A DNA stretch of 61,455 nucleotides, the filler included, from Stramenopiles sp. TOSAG23-3 (lineage: Eukaryota), in NCBI GenBank assembly GCA_900128585.1. It is 13 parts of 13 records of this genome, joined end to end, with 100 filler letters (N's around TTAATTAATTAA, not from the genome) between each part and the next. Parts side by side here need not be neighbours in the genome. Positions count along the whole stretch, not along the records: positions 52,105 to 56,732 come from LT643759.1; positions 56,833 to 61,455 come from LT643760.1; 11 more parts are not named here. One strand, 5' to 3'. Both the position numbers and the translations under genes were made by a program. Under the pieces are notes generated by a model. The model ran no database searches, had not been told where the DNA came from, and saw only the letters and a list, made by a program, of their open reading frames with translations. Shown here one piece after another: positions 55,430-61,455 of the stretch (within the stretch, counting starts at the first letter, position 1; each line of letters begins with the position of its first letter).

Positions 55430-56274
55430 CCTTCCTCGTCGTCGTAGAAGTAAGTGTGAAAGAAAAAGAAAAGTGCGAAAAGTAAAACTGTATGAATACG
55501 TCCTTGTTTTCGCTGGTACATATTTATAACAATTCCATTGAATATCTGAATGCATTTCTTTTCTTATTCCATGCATGTTGCTTTGCTCGAATGGTTTACC
55601 AAACGGGGAAACAAACATACTTCGGTGTGCCAAGTTGTCTATAAGGCTATGTAGTATTAAAAAGGACTTTGGAGTAATACTATACTACGGCGGTACGGTA
55701 GCCTTTGTGATTTTGGAAAAAGACCATCACCTTTGCTGTGTTTATATTCATAGCTGCTTAAATTAACAAGAGTCCTCCTAGCTGAAAAAAATGAAAGAAA
55801 GTTGATGTGCGTGAGTAAAGATAGTCATAGCATATAGACGACTATAAAAAAAAAAGAAGTGAAGAGAACTTTCTTTTTTTCCTTCTTTTTCTTCTTCATC
55901 ATCACAAAAGATATTTTTAGTAAATGAAAAATAACAGGTCAGAGCATTGGCCAGAGCCTTTGTAACTTTTATGAAAAATGCAGTTTTTTTGTTGTGCATG
56001 GTGGTGGAGGAGGTCATTTTTTTATCCTCCTGCTATTTCAATAGAAGAAGACTCTGACTTTTTTTTTGTTGGGATAATATTACTGTATGTACCATATCTT
56101 ACCGGTCCTCATATATGCCAGGTGCAGTTGTAATTAAAAAAACGAAGTAAAATAAAGAAAAGTTTCCAAACACTTCTTAGAAAAGTCCACAAAAAAACCA
56201 TTCATTACACTTACTTTACAAACTAGAAAACCAAACGCAACACACTCCCCACACGGAACACACACACACACAAC

Positions 56275-56732
56275 ATGTCAGCAAGTGCCACCGAGTCCGC
56301 GGATGCGCCACAAATCGAGTCTTCCCCGAAGTTTTCCCCTATACCGATACATAAGGTAACGGTTGCCTGCCCTGGCGGGACTTACGAGCTTTATCAGTTC
56401 CAACAGTTTGCAGACGTTGTTCCTCTAACACAACCGAAGGAAAGGTACATGGGGGACAGGCCGTTGTACAAAGACTTCAAGTACCACAGGACAGGGATGG
56501 CGCAGGCGTTGCTGCGTGTTCCGCATCTCGAGCGCGAATACTGGGGCGACAAATGGCTCAGCGCGCTACAGAACTACATGGACTACTGGATCGCGCACAC
56601 CCTCGAGTCCCATTTCAATGAATGCGTGGTTAGAGATGGGGGAAAAGGGGCCCCAACGCCCACTATGCCCAGTGACGACAAAAAAGAGCCGATGCTGGCA
56701 GCGCAGGAAAAGGCAAACAATGAAACAACCAT
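56275..56732 (+). CDS. Hypothetical protein (3'-truncated)
   Basis: ATG in an ACAACATG context after an AC-rich leader. The GC-rich frame stays open to the contig edge. Confidence 0.7.
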
Positions 56733-56833
56733 NNNNNNNNNNNNNNNNNNNNNNNNNNNNNNNNNNNNNNNNNNNNTTAATTAATTAANNNNNNNNNNNN
56801 NNNNNNNNNNNNNNNNNNNNNNNNNNNNNNNNT

Positions 56834-58813
56834 CCAGAAAAGGCCAAGTTTATTGGTGATTCAGGGAAATGGAAGGAGTGTGTCACGTACAATGCAGAGA
56901 ACTTTGGGTATTTGCCATTTTCCAAAGAAGAACGAAACCGACTCCCGGGGGGAAGCATGCCGTCTCCGGCAGACCAAAGCATGGGGGAGTTTCCGTTCAT
57001 CCAAGATCAACCGCCCAGGGATTCTTTCACGCGCGAAGCGGAGCAGCGGATGGCCGCCAGGATAGCGGCCGAGGCTACAAAAATGTCTCGTTTCAAAACG
57101 GACGCGGAGTATGAAGCCGAAGAGAGGGAGCAGAAGCGGCGCCGGAAAAGAGAGGACGATTGGAAGTGGCGGCAAAAGGCGCTGACGCGAGAGTTCAAAA
57201 TGAAGTCTCGTGACCCCGGTAAGGCATTTTTGGTAGGGGAGCGGGTGAAAACGAAATACCGACGTGCATCGGAGTGGGACCGGCCGCGAATGACCGAAAA
57301 GTTCCACCCAGCCCGTATTATACGGTTGGGAGCCGATGGGCAATCCGTTGATTTAAAGTATTTGGACAAGCGGCGCGAGGTTGAGCGCAGGGTCAAAAAG
57401 TCGGTGGTAGAAGCAGACATGATCGAATTTGCCCGAATGTCAATTGAAATCAACAAACGAAATTTTGACAAAAAGATGAAAGCGAAAGCAATCCAGGACG
57501 AGAAAGACAAGTTCGAAGCAGAGCTGATGCTGTTGAAGGAAGCGCAGCGAGCGAAGGGGGGCGATATAAATAAATTAGAGGAGGAGGCCCGCGCCCAGCT
57601 GGAGCGCGAGGAGAGGGCGAAAAAGGAAATGGAGAGGCAAAAACAATTAGAAGTAGAAGAGGAAGAAATGCGGTTGCACGAAGGGCTGGACTCAATTGCA
57701 ACGGAATGGGTAGAACCCATGTCATTGCGCGGAGAAAAGAAGCGTTTGAAAAAGTTTATGGTTATAAAGAAGCCCGGATTTGATACGCGTGCCTGTGGCC
57801 AGGTGAACGCAGGGATTGATACCCTGACCATGCGTAGGGATCACACGGACCTTCGGGAAAAAGCCCGCAAGCGCCGTGTCGTAAAGAAGGAAAAGTCCAT
57901 GAGTGAAATCATTGCGGCAGAGCAAGCGGCTGCAGCGGCACAGGAGAAAGCTGCTTTGGCCAAGGTAGGAGAAAATCAGAAAGCGCGCGTTGTGGCCGGG
58001 GGAAAGAAAAACGAATTGATCCGCCGCCAATTCGAAGAGGAACAGCGGAAACAGAGAGCGATATTGAAAGGCTTGATTGATGGGGTGACGCAAGCAGAGG
58101 ACAACGTGGTGGAGTGCATGCTGAAGCACGAGAGTAACGTTTTGTCCGTTAAAGACGAGATGGAGAAGGCGGTTGATCGACACGCCCGCGCGGCCCTTCA
58201 AACGGAACAGATTCATGCGTTTGACGACTTGACGAAGTCCATTAACGAGGGGCGCAACATCAACTTGGATTTAATCGAGGCCGTTGCAGCATGGAGGGAG
58301 TCCAAAGTCGCTTTAGCTTCACACCGCGGAGAAAAATTACCCGAGACGGTTGAGTACGACAAGGATGAAGACGAGGAGTGCGAAGAGCTGGGTCCGCTCC
58401 GTTCACCAAGCGCCCCCCCATTTATCTGGAACGGTAACAATATTCTGTTTAAAATTATCAACGACTTTGATTTTCTTGACAATTGCCATCAATTGAAAGA
58501 ATGGTACGGCCCGGATTTTCCCCTGCTCACCAACCCGTTTATGCTGGCCGTCCCCGTATGGGAACGGGCACCAACGCCAAGAAAAGCGACGCAGACCGTC
58601 TTGGTAAATGGTGTGGGAGTCGAACGCATTATTCCGCGGCTTCGCGAGCGCAGTGAGCGGCAAGCCAAAGCGATGAAGGCAAAAAAACTTCAAGTCGCAA
58701 AGAGCGCTTGGTGGTGGCCCGGAAAAGGTATCAAACCGTCCGAGTATGAGCGTGTTCGCAGAGGAGAAAAGGAGATATTCGACGAACGGCGAAGAGAGAA
58801 GATTCGATGGTAA
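56834..58813 (+). CDS. Coiled-coil protein with Tudor/Agenet-like domain (5'-truncated)
   Basis: Frame is open from the edge. FLVGERVKTKY...FHPARIIRL...SVDLKYLD is Tudor-like, and a PFIWNGNNILFKIINDFDFL block follows. Confidence 0.75.
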   Translation, partial: PEKAKFIGDSGKWKECVTYNAENFGYLPFSKEERNRLPGGSMPSPADQSMGEFPFIQDQPPRDSFTREAEQRMAARIAAEATKMSRFKTDAEYEAEEREQKRRRKREDDWKWRQKALTREFKMKSRDPGKAFLVGERVKTKYRRASEWDRPRMTEKFHPARIIRLGADGQSVDLKYLDKRREVERRVKKSVVEADMIEFARMSIEINKRNFDKKMKAKAIQDEKDKFEAELMLLKEAQRAKGGDINKLEEEARAQLEREERAKKEMERQKQLEVEEEEMRLHEGLDSIATEWVEPMSLRGEKKRLKKFMVIKKPGFDTRACGQVNAGIDTLTMRRDHTDLREKARKRRVVKKEKSMSEIIAAEQAAAAAQEKAALAKVGENQKARVVAGGKKNELIRRQFEEEQRKQRAILKGLIDGVTQAEDNVVECMLKHESNVLSVKDEMEKAVDRHARAALQTEQIHAFDDLTKSINEGRNINLDLIEAVAAWRESKVALASHRGEKLPETVEYDKDEDEECEELGPLRSPSAPPFIWNGNNILFKIINDFDFLDNCHQLKEWYGPDFPLLTNPFMLAVPVWERAPTPRKATQTVLVNGVGVERIIPRLRERSERQAKAMKAKKLQVAKSAWWWPGKGIKPSEYERVRRGEKEIFDERRREKIRW

Positions 58814-59096
58814 ATTACGATGGAGGGAAAACGCGGGCATTATAAAAACAGGGCGCACTCTTTAAAAAAACAGCGTAATATGCCACAGAGCGATAAGATC
58901 TTAAAAGCAAAAAATTGGCGCTGTTATTTAGTCTTAAAGCATATTTATATAAAAGAAATGAGAGTCTTAAAACATACTATCATACTACTATATAAATTTT
59001 GTGTTTTTTTAAAAGAATTAATGAACGTAATATGGTGTTTTAACGTTTGTCTCAAGAATTACTCCCTACGCTCGAAGTTTACCTCCAATGAACCCG

Positions 59097-60272
59097 TCAT
59101 AAGGGGACGGGGACGTAATTCATCTGCTTCTCATTCGTCTCCACGTTATCATGGGTTACCAATGATTCGAAAGACCTAGAGCATGGGTTTTCGGGGACAA
59201 GAAGCGAAGCAATAAAATACAGCGCAACAAAACCAGAAGCACCCCCACCGATGGCCACCGCCGTGACCCAAAAATCGCTTGCATACGATAGTTTGTGCGC
59301 AAGAAGTCCTCCTAAAACCAAATTTAACAGCCCACCTACTACCGCCATCCATCCCAAACCTTTATGCATTATTTCCCATAGCATTCGGGAGGTCGACTTC
59401 TTTGTTTCGGGTGAGGCGTGGGGACGAATGAAAGCATTCAATGGCTGAAGTGTACAAACAGCAGTCAGCACTAAGCCGAACACGGCGTGGGGATGGAAAA
59501 AATGCTTTGAGTGTAGCTGGCAATGGGCAAATGCCGCACCAAACCCACAAAGCTGCAAACCCCAGCCAACCACCTGGCATCGTTTGTGGAGTACAAACCA
59601 CGAGTCCGTCTTCTTTGTTCCACCGAGGGCCCTCAGTCGATTCGCAAATGATACGCCCCAAGGCAATGCCACTCCCCATGCCATAATCATGAAACCTGCA
59701 TGCATCCATAGCCAAACAGTAGGCGACCGGGTCACATTGTCGTTCGGAAGCACTGCATTTTCACCGAAATCGAATTTGCATGTGCCCTTATCCTCTCCAT
59801 GGTACGCTAGTTCGAACGAAGAATCTTTTGTGGCCCAAATCAAATTTTGCTTTTTACCCGGGAGTATTGAGATTTCGTTCTTGCCAATAGCAAGAATATT
59901 TCTGATAAACACCAATTTTGACACCTGGCCTTTTTGTGTGCATGTAGATCCTGGTACCGTGACCCCATTTTCGGGAGAGGCATAGGCGGTGACCCAGTAG
60001 CGCTTGACCCCGCTCTTGTCGCAAACTACGACGTCGGATCCCTTGCCACCGCTGTTCATGGTCCCATCTTCGGATAACCCCACTGCGATAAACCCTCCAT
60101 TCGAAGACGAAACTGTTATTTCCATTTTCGTCTTTCCGTCATCAACGTAACTGGTGCTTATGTTAAATGGTGATCCTGGTATGAGAGAAGGCTCGGCGCC
60201 AGGCAAACAGAACGCTAGGCAAATTACTACGACATATGACCGGACCAGTACTGTGTTCTTTCTGTTCAGCAT
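59097..60272 (-). CDS. DOMON plus cytochrome b561 domain protein (ferric-chelate reductase FRRS1-like)
   Basis: Signal peptide, DOMON motifs (GFIAVGLS...M...SDVVV; NLIWA...YH) and b561 His ligands (MHAGFMIMAWG, WFVLHK, HAVFGL, WEIMHKGLG). Confidence 0.9.
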   Translation of the reverse strand: MLNRKNTVLVRSYVVVICLAFCLPGAEPSLIPGSPFNISTSYVDDGKTKMEITVSSSNGGFIAVGLSEDGTMNSGGKGSDVVVCDKSGVKRYWVTAYASPENGVTVPGSTCTQKGQVSKLVFIRNILAIGKNEISILPGKKQNLIWATKDSSFELAYHGEDKGTCKFDFGENAVLPNDNVTRSPTVWLWMHAGFMIMAWGVALPWGVSFANRLRALGGTKKTDSWFVLHKRCQVVGWGLQLCGFGAAFAHCQLHSKHFFHPHAVFGLVLTAVCTLQPLNAFIRPHASPETKKSTSRMLWEIMHKGLGWMAVVGGLLNLVLGGLLAHKLSYASDFWVTAVAIGGGASGFVALYFIASLLVPENPCSRSFESLVTHDNVETNEKQMNYVPVPL

Positions 60273-60448
60273 TTTCTATAGTACGTACGCAGCGGAGCAG
60301 ACAAACAACAAGGGAACTGAAAACAACAGAAAAAAAGTCGCACCCTTTTTAAGAATAGTTACCCAATAATGAAAAGCGATCTTCTCATTTTCTTTGTCTT
60401 GTTTCAATCTTCAATTGTTCTTATCGATTGATTATTAATCAATTGTTG

Positions 60449-61455
60449 TTTTGTTCAAAATAATAATTAATAATAAAAGAAAATCATTTCAGCACAACAA
60501 AAAACAAAACACACACACCAACCCACCACCACAACCAACCACCTCTCATCGTTCATTTATTATTATTTTATTTCTTCTTTCTTCTTCACAAGATGACGTT
60601 CTTAGTACAATTGTATTGTATTACCTTATTAAGTACAATAATTTAATTATGTTCTTGTATTTTGTAATTGATACTATTTGTTTTGTTTTGATAGGTTAGT
60701 GTTAGAAACATAATGATACATACACACACCATTTAAAGTAAAATAGACCCTGGGTTTCATCGGTCATTGATGCCTTTCTTCTTCTTTCTTCTTTCTTCTT
60801 TCTTCTTTCTTCTTTCTTCTTTCTGCTTTCTTCTTACTTCTTACTTCTTTCTGCTTTCTTCTTACTTCTTTCTCTTTCTTCTTTCTTCTTTCTTCTTTCT
60901 TCTTTCTCTTTCTTCTTTCTCTTTCTTCTTTCTTCTTTCTTCTTTCTTCTTTCTTCTTTCTCTTTCTTCTTTCTCTTTCTTCTTTCTTCTTTCTTCTTCT
61001 ATTCGTAAATACAGTAAAATATGATGGATTGGAGATTTTTAAAAAATGTCAAAAAGTAGGTATTTTGAACGAATACTGTGTAATGTTTTATTATATTAGT
61101 TATTTAGTATACTAATATATATACTTGTAATTAATCCTAACAATATTGGAAAGGGGAGGAACGTTAGATTTTTGGAGATTATTATTTTTTTACATAATGT
61201 TAAATGCCTGTTATTTGAAAATCACCACATGATCATTTTATTCTAAAAAAGATAGAATAAATAATAATAATATACGACAAACGAGTATTATAAAGTAACA
61301 ACGCGTATTATTCATCACGAAGAAGAAAGAGAAATGGAATGTTCTTCTTCTCTTCTTCCTTTTGCTTGTTGTGTTGATGTGGTTGGTGTGTGTGTTTTGT
61401 TTTTTGTTGTGCTGAAATGATTTTCTTTTATTATTAATTATTATTTTGAACAAAA
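60449..61455. repeat. 75-bp perfect inverted repeat (60449-60523 and 61381-61455) reaching the contig end
   Basis: Exact reverse-complement match read directly from the sequence. Confidence 0.93.
60775..61000 (+). repeat. TTC/TTTC compound microsatellite
   Basis: Visible pyrimidine tract. Confidence 0.95.

Noticed and set aside
1-61455. CRISPR arrays, tRNA or rRNA genes, intact transposase or reverse transcriptase
   Set aside because: None were recognised by eye; small RNA genes could have been missed.

Overview
This window is not one locus. It is 13 unrelated contigs of about 4.6 kb (4644 down to 4623 bp, sorted by length), joined by artificial 100-bp linkers (44 N + TTAATTAATTAA + 44 N). 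The source is a gene-dense, apparently intron-poor, flagellated microbial eukaryote, probably a stramenopile (inference). Coding regions are moderately GC-rich, and intergenic DNA is AT-rich with GAA/TTC microsatellites. Recognisable genes include kinesin-8, a SET-domain methyltransferase, a GST-like protein, acyl-CoA dehydrogenase, an SPX-EXS phosphate exporter, an RCC1-repeat protein, WDR60, NUP160, DRC2/CCDC65, RPL5, RPL14, a CorA-type transporter, a vWA protein and a DOMON-cytochrome b561 protein. The most interesting unexplained signals are: (1) a 25-35 nt motif (AAAAACAARAAAWTGGCTGTTATTT) recurring just downstream of stop codons, nearly always in the sense orientation, on six contigs; (2) a structured RPL5 3' UTR containing a hairpin resembling 5S rRNA helix III/loop C, a candidate autoregulatory mimic; (3) single extra bases in homopolymers in three genes, one hiding a C-terminal REL signal; (4) an internally inverted, scrambled element-like ORF; and (5) an inverted 40-nt copy of the RPL14 start region. 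All assignments come from motif recognition by eye; no searches were run.
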